Source of the DNA: a virus
Taxonomy: Duplodnaviria; Caudoviricetes
Virus record (IMG/VR): IMGVR_UViG_3300021255_000140
Span: 39,513 to 103,512 of that record
Reading direction: 5' to 3' (one strand)
Length of the DNA stretch: 64,000 nt
Part shown: positions 9,996 through 17,090 of the stretch, piece by piece
How positions within the stretch are numbered: position 1 is the first letter of the stretch
Layout of the letters: each line of letters begins with the position of its first letter
Translations under genes and position numbers: made by a program
The notes under the pieces: generated by a model
The model's database searches: none
Told to the model about the DNA's origin: nothing
Seen by the model: only the letters and a program-made list of their open reading frames with translations

Positions 9996-10270
9996 CTCAA
10001 CCCGTTTATTATCTCTTCGTCAAAACCAGGCAGGAAAGGATTGCTCTCTTTTTCCTGTCTGAGTGCCAGCCAGCCGTCAATAGACTTGATGGCCTTGTCA
10101 AGTTCTTTCTCCAGCGCGAGAGATTTTTCCAGCGCGTCACGCTTGGCAAACACGTTTTCACGCGGTATGCCGTAATATGTCTTCTGTGCATTGCGCACAC
10201 TGACCACGAGGTCATAAAATTCCTTTACTGTTACCATAAACCATTTATTGATTTGTTTCTCCTTTAACAT
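9992..10270 (-). CDS. phage hypothetical protein
   Basis: FYDLVVSVRNAQKTYY...SLALEKELD. Confidence 0.6.
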   Translation of the reverse strand: MLKEKQINKWFMVTVKEFYDLVVSVRNAQKTYYGIPRENVFAKRDALEKSLALEKELDKAIKSIDGWLALRQEKESNPFLPGFDEEIINGLR

Positions 10271-10694
10271 TTATGAAATGGTACCCGTCACGCGCATTGC
10301 CGCTGTTTATGGCATTCCATAGTGACTTATACGGAATCTTGAAATGCTTACTGCATTCCCTTACCGATGAAAAGATTTCTCCTGTTTCTACGCATTTTAT
10401 TGGCTGTTCCCAATACTTCTTAATTTTACTTTGTTTTTCAGGTATAAATTCCATTTTAATCGGCTTTGATGAAATTCCTGCCTTTAATTTTTCCAAACTG
10501 GTTGCCATTATTTTCATATTCATCTCTGATTTCGTCAAAAATTTCAATTCTTGCAAATCAAGCACTTTTATTTCGCAATCCCTGAAAGCTCTGCTATAAC
10601 TGACAACATCTTCAATCTCGTCGGTGTAGAATGAATGGATGTATTTTTTTTTACAAAAGATGTATATGAGGTAGTTTTTCTCTATTTCAAACAT
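10245..10694 (-). CDS. NUMOD1-like HTH DNA-binding protein
   Basis: C-terminal PIKCVETGEIFSSVRECSKHF...GYHF. Confidence 0.65.
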   Translation of the reverse strand: MFEIEKNYLIYIFCKKKYIHSFYTDEIEDVVSYSRAFRDCEIKVLDLQELKFLTKSEMNMKIMATSLEKLKAGISSKPIKMEFIPEKQSKIKKYWEQPIKCVETGEIFSSVRECSKHFKIPYKSLWNAINSGNARDGYHFINVKGETNQ

Positions 10695-11023
10695 GTTTTT
10701 GTGTTTTTTGTTTTCTCCAACTTTTCCAACACTGCGTCAGCGATTTGTACAGACATCAGTGCTACTTGCTCGGCCATCGTCGGCTCCGTAATAGAGCCGC
10801 CACGCAATAAGGTTTCTCTTATAGCCTCTATGCATTGCGGCATCGCCATTCCTGCAAGGAATGTACGCTTTTCCTCTCGCTTATATTTTTCGTGAGGAGG
10901 TGCGTCGCATCCTCCATAGATGTATACTCCATTGAAATTTACAAATTCAGGTTCGCATGTAAACAACATTTCTTGATATGCAGAAAAAACATCACTGCCT
11001 ATTGGAATTTTTTTCTCTTTCAT
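10682..11023 (-). CDS. phage hypothetical protein
   Basis: 113 aa, LAGMAM...SVQIADAVLEKL. Confidence 0.6.
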   Translation of the reverse strand: MKEKKIPIGSDVFSAYQEMLFTCEPEFVNFNGVYIYGGCDAPPHEKYKREEKRTFLAGMAMPQCIEAIRETLLRGGSITEPTMAEQVALMSVQIADAVLEKLEKTKNTKTCLK

Positions 11024-11127
11024 AGTATCGGTTAATAAAATATATACACGCTAACAACATACACGGCTATAATCCACAGAACTAAAAGGATCTCCTTGGC
11101 AGTCTGCCTTACGTTCTCTTTCATGAT

Positions 11128-11685
11128 TTAGAATAAATTAAGTTGTTCAGGTTTTCGCTGTTTGTTTCCAGCGTTGAGTGTTTGTTCAATAAACAGATTC
11201 TTGAAAATATGGAACATGCAACTGACTACAATCGAGTTGCCCGCAAGTTTATAACAACTGCTGTTTGATACACCACTGTTCATAATCTTGTCGATGTCTT
11301 TGTCCTCCACATCCATCAGGCGAAATGCCTCGCGTGGTGTAAGTTTACGTATTCGCATCACAACAGGAAGTATGTCTTCACATAGCTGTATAGCCTCATT
11401 TCTCTCCAAAAACTGATAATTGCATATTTTGTAAATGGAGTAGTCGACTATTTCTTTAAGATAGTCAGTATGGCACCATTCGGCAGCTAAAATTTTCAGT
11501 CTTCTCTTTGTTTCATCCGTAAATGATACCGCTTTTTCTTCGCTGTGCTTAAATGCGTAAAGTTCCGGGAAAATTACCTTAAATACTTTTAGGCATTCAT
11601 CTTGTGTATTCTCTATCCCGTACAACCTGCGGCAAGCACGATATACGATTCTTACTAACCTGTGAAAATTCTTATTTTGTTTCAT
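11128..11685 (-). CDS. C5-cytosine methyltransferase, C-terminal half (motifs IX-X) with an unknown N-terminal helical domain
   Basis: RIRKLTPREAFRLM (motif IX), YKLAGNSIVV (motif X). Confidence 0.85.
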   Translation of the reverse strand: MKQNKNFHRLVRIVYRACRRLYGIENTQDECLKVFKVIFPELYAFKHSEEKAVSFTDETKRRLKILAAEWCHTDYLKEIVDYSIYKICNYQFLERNEAIQLCEDILPVVMRIRKLTPREAFRLMDVEDKDIDKIMNSGVSNSSCYKLAGNSIVVSCMFHIFKNLFIEQTLNAGNKQRKPEQLNLF

Positions 11686-11863
11686 ATATAATTGATGTTA
11701 CGTTAAAGTTTGTTAGTGTTCGCAATGTCGGAAAGACATCGTTGGAAAATGGTTCCATTGCCATTATCTCACCAAAGCCTTGACTTCCGCCCCGTATACT
11801 TGCACTGAATACCTGATTCAGATTTACCTCTGGGTTACTTCTCCTAAGTTCAATCTGTTTCAT
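11672..11863 (-). CDS. TRD-like micro-cassette 16
   Basis: MKQIE...DVFPTLRT...SIIYETK*. Confidence 0.7.
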   Translation of the reverse strand: MKQIELRRSNPEVNLNQVFSASIRGGSQGFGEIMAMEPFSNDVFPTLRTLTNFNVTSIIYETK

Positions 11864-12128
11864 TTGCTATAATCAAAAAGAAATTATGTTGCCAACTTGA
11901 TGTGGTCACTGCAGGACTTATGCCCTTTCGGTATTCAAATCCGTAGTTGAACCCTCTTGGATAAGCCTTGATGTAGATTAAGTCTCGGCTATTACCATAA
12001 CTCCCATTTCGCGAAAGCCCTGCCTTGGTGCGATGATGTTGCCCGCATAGTGGTGGGCGGTTGTTAGTGTCACTGCACACCCGTCGACATCGGTGTTTAT
12101 AAAGACAAACTGTTTCGTTCCTATCCAT
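11850..12128 (-). CDS. TRD-like micro-cassette 15 (TRD-like part about 11850-11990; no local start codon)
   Basis: YIKAYPRGFNYG...GISPAVTTSSWQHNFFLIIANETD*; the N-terminal part overlaps cassette 14 in another frame. Confidence 0.55.
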   Translation of the reverse strand: MDRNETVCLYKHRCRRVCSDTNNRPPLCGQHHRTKAGLSRNGSYGNSRDLIYIKAYPRGFNYGFEYRKGISPAVTTSSWQHNFFLIIANETD

Positions 12129-12148
12129 TTTTTCGTACTATTTTTCAT
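11978..12148 (-). CDS. TRD-like micro-cassette 14
   Basis: Hand translation: MKNSTKKWIGTKQFVFINTDVDGCAVTLTTAHHYAGNIIAPRQGFREMGVMVIAET*. Confidence 0.7.
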   Translation of the reverse strand: MKNSTKKWIGTKQFVFINTDVDGCAVTLTTAHHYAGNIIAPRQGFREMGVMVIAET

Positions 12149-12326
12149 ATATTTCCGCGACCAAATTATCCTTATTTGTGAATGTCGTTATCGTTCCCAT
12201 TATACGATCCCCAACTGTCATATATCTGCCTTGAAATGTTGCACCATCATCACCGTAAAGATGGCGGCGCAACCGCTCTTCGGAAGTCCTTATCCTGATT
12301 ATACTTTTAGCATCAGTACACTTCAT
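12138..12326 (-). CDS. TRD-like micro-cassette 13
   Basis: MKCTDAK...RIMGTITTFTNKDNLVAEIYEK*. Confidence 0.7.
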   Translation of the reverse strand: MKCTDAKSIIRIRTSEERLRRHLYGDDGATFQGRYMTVGDRIMGTITTFTNKDNLVAEIYEK

Positions 12327-12471
12327 ATAATAAAGCAACTAAATAGTCCTTTTGTACGCTTGATATGGCATTACTGAATCTGTCTGAGTTCATTTCAAGC
12401 ATCTGCCGATGCTCGGAGGTATACCATTCCCCCTTGCTTCTGCCTCGTGACGCACAACTAATCGCTCTCAT
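12313..12471 (-). CDS. TRD-like micro-cassette 12
   Basis: Hand translation: MRAISCASRGRSKGEWYTSEHRQMLEMNSDRFSNAISSVQKDYLVALLYEVY*. Confidence 0.7.
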   Translation of the reverse strand: MRAISCASRGRSKGEWYTSEHRQMLEMNSDRFSNAISSVQKDYLVALLYEVY

Positions 12472-12682
12472 CCGCATACACTATCCAGTATCTTCCCAAC
12501 GTTTCACTTGCAGACAGTGTCGGTTGTACTCCCATAGCAGAATATATCCTATTCGGCTGGCTATGTGTTCTGCTGAGAAATAAACTGCAATTATCAAATC
12601 TCAGTTTACCATCAAAATAACCGACAAAGACCTCTCTCTCTGATCGCGTCAGAAAATCACCGAATATACTAATCGCTTTCAT
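12458..12682 (-). CDS. TRD-like micro-cassette 11
   Basis: ...SQPNRIYSAMGVQPTLSASETLGRYWIVYADESD*. Confidence 0.7.
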   Translation of the reverse strand: MKAISIFGDFLTRSEREVFVGYFDGKLRFDNCSLFLSRTHSQPNRIYSAMGVQPTLSASETLGRYWIVYADESD

Positions 12683-12830
12683 ACACCATCAAAATTTTCG
12701 TTTCAACACCGCTATGACAGCCAACGCACAAACATGGAGATATGCCTTTTTTATCATACACCAATCCATTCTGTTGGGAGTTATACACAAAGCCCGCAAC
12801 TATTGGGTGGATAGCATCAAACCGTTTCAT
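12669..12830 (-). CDS. TRD-like micro-cassette 10
   Basis: Hand translation: MKRFDAIHPIVAGFVYNSQQNGLVYDKKGISPCLCVGCHSGVETKILMVYESD*. Confidence 0.7.
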   Translation of the reverse strand: MKRFDAIHPIVAGFVYNSQQNGLVYDKKGISPCLCVGCHSGVETKILMVYESD

Positions 12831-12984
12831 AAGCTACTGTTATTTTGGGCTGCCTATGACCGCCGCCGCTACTACAGTCAAGGGTAGGAGAGATACCGTA
12901 TTTATCGTATACCCTTCCAGCTTGTGAATTGCTCGGGCTGAAGTACAGATAACCTATCTGCCGAACTCTATCAAAACGTTTCAT
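12817..12984 (-). CDS. TRD-like micro-cassette 9
   Basis: Hand translation: MKRFDRVRQIGYLYFSPSNSQAGRVYDKYGISPTLDCSSGGGHRQPKITVAYETV*. Confidence 0.75.
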   Translation of the reverse strand: MKRFDRVRQIGYLYFSPSNSQAGRVYDKYGISPTLDCSSGGGHRQPKITVAYETV

Positions 12985-13138
12985 ATATCACGGCTATTTT
13001 GGGAGATGTATTCCATCCTCCGCCACTGAACGTAGTGATTGTATTTGAAATAGTTTTTTTGTGCCAGTTGTCAATCTCACCTTCGGCATTTCTCGACCAC
13101 CCGTAGTAATCTATTTTGCACAGTTTAATTCGTTTCAT
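12971..13138 (-). CDS. TRD-like micro-cassette 8
   Basis: Hand translation: MKRIKLCKIDYYGWSRNAEGEIDNWHKKTISNTITTFSGGGWNTSPKIAVIYETF*. Confidence 0.7.
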   Translation of the reverse strand: MKRIKLCKIDYYGWSRNAEGEIDNWHKKTISNTITTFSGGGWNTSPKIAVIYETF

Positions 13139-13295
13139 GACAGCACGGAATTATAGGTTGAAGATTGCCACCTGCACTATAGTCTTTAATAGTAGGGGCT
13201 ATGCCACTGGTGTCATAAACTCTCCTTCTATTCGGATTAATTCTTTTTGCAGAGTCAGTAAGATTGCAGATTTGCTTGATGTTACTCTGTTTCAT
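13125..13295 (-). CDS. TRD-like micro-cassette 7
   Basis: Hand translation: MKQSNIKQICNLTDSAKRINPNRRRVYDTSGIAPTIKDYSAGGNLQPIIPCCHETN*. Confidence 0.75.
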   Translation of the reverse strand: MKQSNIKQICNLTDSAKRINPNRRRVYDTSGIAPTIKDYSAGGNLQPIIPCCHETN

Positions 13296-13439
13296 ATACT
13301 ACAATCACACCAGTTGCTCCAAAACCATTTTTTTCTGGAAATTAATACGCCCCGTCTTGAAATAACTTGCCTTCAAAGTCCTGCATATACCATCAGACGC
13401 ATCATTCAATGGTACAATACGTACTCTACTTAGTTTCAA
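13282..13439 (-). pseudogene. TRD-like micro-cassette 6, frameshifted at an A7 run
   Basis: TTG start, LKLSRVRIVPLNDASDGICRTLKASYFKTGRINFQKK; one more A gives NGFGATGVIVVYETE*. Confidence 0.6.
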
Positions 13440-13597
13440 CTGCTTGCGTAATGAGTTTATTCCCATCATCGTATCTTGCTGTAATAGTTATATGAATACC
13501 TATATGGTATGCTTGGTTGTAACTATCCAGACATACCCCCACCCATAAATGGAACATTGCCGCTCTCAATAAGTCTTAATGCTCTTTCGCTTTTCAT
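13426..13597 (-). pseudogene. TRD-like micro-cassette 5, frameshifted at a G5 run
   Basis: MKSERALRLIESGNVPFMGG; one fewer G gives VCLDSYNQAYHIGIHITITARYDDGNKLITQAVETK*, matching cassette 4. Confidence 0.65.
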
Positions 13598-13601
13598 CTT
13601 A

Positions 13602-13787
13602 TTAAGTCTCGATAACTTGCGTTACGTAATAATGGTTATAATGGTCAATTCTCGTCGTTACTGTAACGAACACATCATCGCGAACTTGTTGATTATATAA
13701 GTCAATGCATTGTCCCCCATGTAGCGCAATCTTGCCACTTTCAATCAGTTGCGACATTCTTATTCCGCCACTCTTACCTTTTTTCAT
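13602..13787 (-). CDS. TRD-like micro-cassette 4
   Basis: MKKGKSGG...LIESGKIALHGGQCIDLYNQQVRDDVFVTVTTRIDHYNHYYVTQVIET*. Confidence 0.7.
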   Translation of the reverse strand: MKKGKSGGIRMSQLIESGKIALHGGQCIDLYNQQVRDDVFVTVTTRIDHYNHYYVTQVIET

Positions 13788-13914
13788 AGATTTCAATCAC
13801 TTTCTGCACTCTATCAGACATGGGGTTAGAAGGAATGGTAAACGCAACGTCCTTAATGCTGATGGAAGGTTTGTTTCTGTCGCCAACCAGTTCAAAAATC
13901 TTAAAACGTTTCAT
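13774..13914 (-). CDS. TRD-like micro-cassette 3
   Basis: Hand translation: MKRFKIFELVGDRNKPSISIKDVAFTIPSNPMSDRVQKVIEIYEKR*. Confidence 0.7.
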   Translation of the reverse strand: MKRFKIFELVGDRNKPSISIKDVAFTIPSNPMSDRVQKVIEIYEKR

Positions 13915-14069
13915 ATACTACTCCAATAGACATTTTAGGGAAATGTGCGGTGCTTATCCAGTTCGCCGGCCATTGTGTTTCATACACTGCCGTAATCGTC
14001 GGAGATAAACCATCTGAGGTCGTCGGTAGTCCGATACGTCGGATGGGGGGTAAATCTATTCTGCCTCAT
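13901..14069 (-). pseudogene. TRD-like micro-cassette 2, frameshifted at a C6 run
   Basis: MRQNRFTP; one fewer C gives IRRIGLPTTSDGLSPTITAVYETQWPANWISTAHFPKMSIGVVYETF*. Confidence 0.6.
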
Positions 14070-14220
14070 ATATATACATCCAACAGCCTTTCGGATAGTG
14101 CTTAAGAGTTATATAATCCTTTATTGCTGCGAACTCATACCTTGTATTCAATGTTGGAAAAACAGTGTCCTTGCAGACATTCTGAGGCTTAATTCTACTG
14201 AGCAATAAAGAAGTTTTCAA
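14056..14220 (-). CDS. TRD-like micro-cassette 1
   Basis: TTG start overlapping the MTase-N stop; ...KDTVFPTLNTRYEFAAIKDYITLKHYPKGCWMYIYEAE*. Confidence 0.65.
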   Translation of the reverse strand: MKTSLLLSRIKPQNVCKDTVFPTLNTRYEFAAIKDYITLKHYPKGCWMYIYEAE

Positions 14221-14986
14221 AATCCTCGTTTTTTTCTTCCGGAAGTTTATTCTTTTTGTCATCCTCTTCGAGACTTTTCCTGCAAAATCTTGCAAGCATT
14301 TCGTCAGAAAGAAAATACCTCTCGTCAACGTCTTCTTCTAAACAATCGGCAAGGCAAAGTTCAAGTGGAAAAGGCTTTGGAAAATCATAAGATGGATCTG
14401 GTTCGTCCAGTGTCCTCAATACAGACACGCAAAATACTCTTTCTCTGTTTTGCGGAACACCATAGTGTTTTGCATTGAGTATCTGCCAGAAATTTGCATA
14501 TCCATACTTTTCAAGCAATTTCAGCCACTCGTTGAAATACGGCATGAATTTCTTTTGTGTCAGAGCCTTTACATTCTCCATGAGCAGATATTTCGGGCGC
14601 TTGATGTCGATGGCTTTTTCACACTCCCAGAGTAGGCTCGACCTTGTCCCGCTACCTTTTGCCAGTCCTGCCTGACGTCCAGCATTGGAAACGCTTTGGC
14701 AGGGGAAAGAAAAAGTAAACAAATCGAAATCAGGCACATCCTGCCACATTATCTTAGTAATGTCTCCGTAATTCTTACTCCCGTCAGGGAACAATGCTCT
14801 ATTTGCGATGACGGCAGGCTGATTGTCTATCTGCTGTTTGCTTTCAGGGTCAAATTCAGCCCATCCTACTCTCACAAAGTCAAAATTGGGATATGTTTCT
14901 TTGAGCCTTTTTAACGCTAATGCCTGGCTTGAATAGCCCGCAAAAGCTTCAAATACCCGTAATGGGTTCTTTTTATTGTATACCAT
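14195..14986 (-). CDS. C5-cytosine methyltransferase, N-terminal catalytic half (motifs I-VIII)
   Basis: FEAFAGYSS (I), GDITKI, FSFPCQ (IV, catalytic PC), MENV (VI), QNRERVF (VIII); stops where the TRD region begins; start taken at MVYNKK. Confidence 0.9.
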   Translation of the reverse strand: MVYNKKNPLRVFEAFAGYSSQALALKRLKETYPNFDFVRVGWAEFDPESKQQIDNQPAVIANRALFPDGSKNYGDITKIMWQDVPDFDLFTFSFPCQSVSNAGRQAGLAKGSGTRSSLLWECEKAIDIKRPKYLLMENVKALTQKKFMPYFNEWLKLLEKYGYANFWQILNAKHYGVPQNRERVFCVSVLRTLDEPDPSYDFPKPFPLELCLADCLEEDVDERYFLSDEMLARFCRKSLEEDDKKNKLPEEKNEDFENFFIAQ

Positions 14987-15027
14987 TGTTTTATGTGTTA
15001 CATTACTAAGATAATGATTCATTCTTG

Positions 15028-15196
15028 TGGTCCGGGGAAGCATCGAACTTCCCAATACCCTTTGACGGCGTAATCTTAAAGCTTGGATGTGAGGGTACTA
15101 TTTACGGGAGTCGAACCTAACGACCTCACTTGCTACCGAGACTATATCCGCACTTCAAGTTAATAGTACGATGCGCAATCCGTCCGTTTCGGACCA
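15028..15196 (-). ncRNA. tRNA-like structured RNA with a nested 75-nt insert
   Basis: Terminal TGGTCCG/CGGACCA stem with T-arm GGAAG-TTCGATG-CTTCC; inner GTACTATT/AATAGTAC stem (15095-15169) encloses a second GGTTCGACTCC. Confidence 0.4.
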
Positions 15197-15338
15197 TAAG
15201 AGCCGCACGCTGACTATGTCCTGCTTTCACTCCTCCCGTACATCAATTCCGGGACTTGGCTATGCGGCTCTCGCCGTCTTTCCGGCTGTCATGTTATGAT
15301 GATAGAAAAAACGAAGGTTTTTTGCGATGTGCAAAGTG

Positions 15339-15686
15339 TTAAAATGGGGCATCTTCAGATTCTTCTCCTTTTGCACCAATAGGAGCCGCCGTTCTTTCGG
15401 GAATGTCCTGCTTGCTTTCTGCATGGATTACTCTATAGCAGGAAATTCTCGGGTACCATCTGTTATTGTATTCGTTTCCGTCAATATCAATGAATACTGT
15501 GAGTTTATCTCCAACACTGATGTTAAAGTTTTTAATTCTTTCCTCACCGAATACCTCAAACGGGACTTTCTTTGGATATTGTCCCTCCGTTTCCAAAACG
15601 AAAGTTTGTTTCACCCATGAGCTTCCTCTTTGTGACACACCGCTTTCAGCAGGCATCACGGAAATAATCTTACCTTTAATTTCCAT
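15339..15686 (-). CDS. DUF3127-like single-stranded DNA-binding protein
   Basis: MEIKGKII...SGVS..GSSWVKQ.FV.ET.GQYPKKV.FE.FGE; acidic tail EDAPF. Confidence 0.8.
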   Translation of the reverse strand: MEIKGKIISVMPAESGVSQRGSSWVKQTFVLETEGQYPKKVPFEVFGEERIKNFNISVGDKLTVFIDIDGNEYNNRWYPRISCYRVIHAESKQDIPERTAAPIGAKGEESEDAPF

Positions 15687-15707
15687 ATTTGTTATACTTT
15701 TTGTTTA

Positions 15708-17090
15708 TTATTTTCTATCCGACAGAATCGCGTCTACGAGTTCGTCAAAATATTTATCATCGCGGATTGCCTCATCGCGTTCTCCTGTAATACGCGATGC
15801 TACAGATTTCTTGTCCATAATCAATTTGAACAAGTATTCGTCGATTGTGTTGTTTCCAATCAATATCCATGAGTTAACGGCGTTTTTCTGGCCGTTCCTC
15901 CAACATCTCGCCTCGCACTGCGTTAGGTCGCTGTATGTCCAAGGCTGCTCTACGAACAATTCGTTTGATGATGCCGTAAGGGTTATTCCTACCCCCGCAG
16001 ACCTTATGGAGCAGATTATAATTCTCCGTTTCCCGCTCTGGAAAGAGTCTATCGCCGCTTGCTTGGCCTGTGCGTTTTGACGTCCTGTTACGCAAACGGC
16101 ATCCGGGAAAGCTTCTTTTATGGCGTCAACGATTTCGTGGTGTTCGCAGAACACCACAATAGGGTCTGGATTGTCATTCAGAAATTGTATAGTTGCCTGT
16201 AGTTTTCCCTTTCCGGCAAGCGTTCTGAGATTCATGAATTTTACCAAAGCCTGAACACGCATTTTCTTCCTGACTTCTGGTTCAGAAAGTTTTTTGTATT
16301 CGGAAAGCCATGAACGCAGGTCATTCATGCATAAATCGTACTCACTTTGCACATCATCTGACAAATCCGTCACAATCTTTGAGCGTGTGAGGTCTGGCAA
16401 ATCCTTTAAGACATCGCTTTTCTCACGTCTGAAATAACATGACTTGTGTATTGCCTCGTTTAACTCCTGAAGATTGCTCCCATCACCGTATGTGTTTATA
16501 AACTCAGAATATCCGCCGAACTCATGCATCCTTCCCAAAATTGCTATCTGTGCCGCAATATCTTTAGGGTCATTGACTATCGGAGTTCCCGTCAGTTCAA
16601 ATATGTGTTCTTTTCCCTGACAGATACCCATAACATATCTCGCAGTAGCCGTAGATGGATTTTTACATCTGTGTGCCTCGTCAAGTATAACGGACTTGAA
16701 TTGCTTTATGACATCCTGAAAAACTATATCCCTTAGTTTCGCGCCTCTTTCAGCCTTGACAACGAAATATTTTTTTAACGATTCGTAATTTGTGATGATT
16801 ACATCGTACAAATTCATCTGTCCTATAAAATAAGGGAATGTTGACTTAACCGATTCAGTGAGTACAAGTGGGCGAAGATCCGTCCACATTCTTGTTTCAC
16901 GCTCCCAGTTTATTTTCAGCGCCGATGGGCATACTATCAGACAAGGTGTAGCCTTTGCTCTTTCAACGGCAATGATTGACTGCATAGTCTTTCCGAGACC
17001 GCATGCATCCCCGTTGATTACCCTCTTCATTGATAGCATCTGCTTTATGCCATCTTCTTGAAAACTATACGGTTTTTTATTCGTTGTCAT
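15708..17090 (-). CDS. SNF2-family (SF2) helicase
   Basis: GDACGLGKT, ILDEAH, LTGTP, GVGITLT, QCEARCWRNGQ. Confidence 0.9.
   Translation of the reverse strand: MTTNKKPYSFQEDGIKQMLSMKRVINGDACGLGKTMQSIIAVERAKATPCLIVCPSALKINWERETRMWTDLRPLVLTESVKSTFPYFIGQMNLYDVIITNYESLKKYFVVKAERGAKLRDIVFQDVIKQFKSVILDEAHRCKNPSTATARYVMGICQGKEHIFELTGTPIVNDPKDIAAQIAILGRMHEFGGYSEFINTYGDGSNLQELNEAIHKSCYFRREKSDVLKDLPDLTRSKIVTDLSDDVQSEYDLCMNDLRSWLSEYKKLSEPEVRKKMRVQALVKFMNLRTLAGKGKLQATIQFLNDNPDPIVVFCEHHEIVDAIKEAFPDAVCVTGRQNAQAKQAAIDSFQSGKRRIIICSIRSAGVGITLTASSNELFVEQPWTYSDLTQCEARCWRNGQKNAVNSWILIGNNTIDEYLFKLIMDKKSVASRITGERDEAIRDDKYFDELVDAILSDRK

Noticed and set aside
11672-14220. Random pseudogene decay or sequencing error of one long MTase gene
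   Set aside because: Breaks fall at module boundaries with a fixed 14-nt overlap and start codons, while other long genes are intact. Only the three homopolymer breaks remain ambiguous.
11672-14220. Shufflon or integron
   Set aside because: All cassettes are co-oriented, with no inverted repeats or attC-like hairpins seen and no adjacent recombinase.
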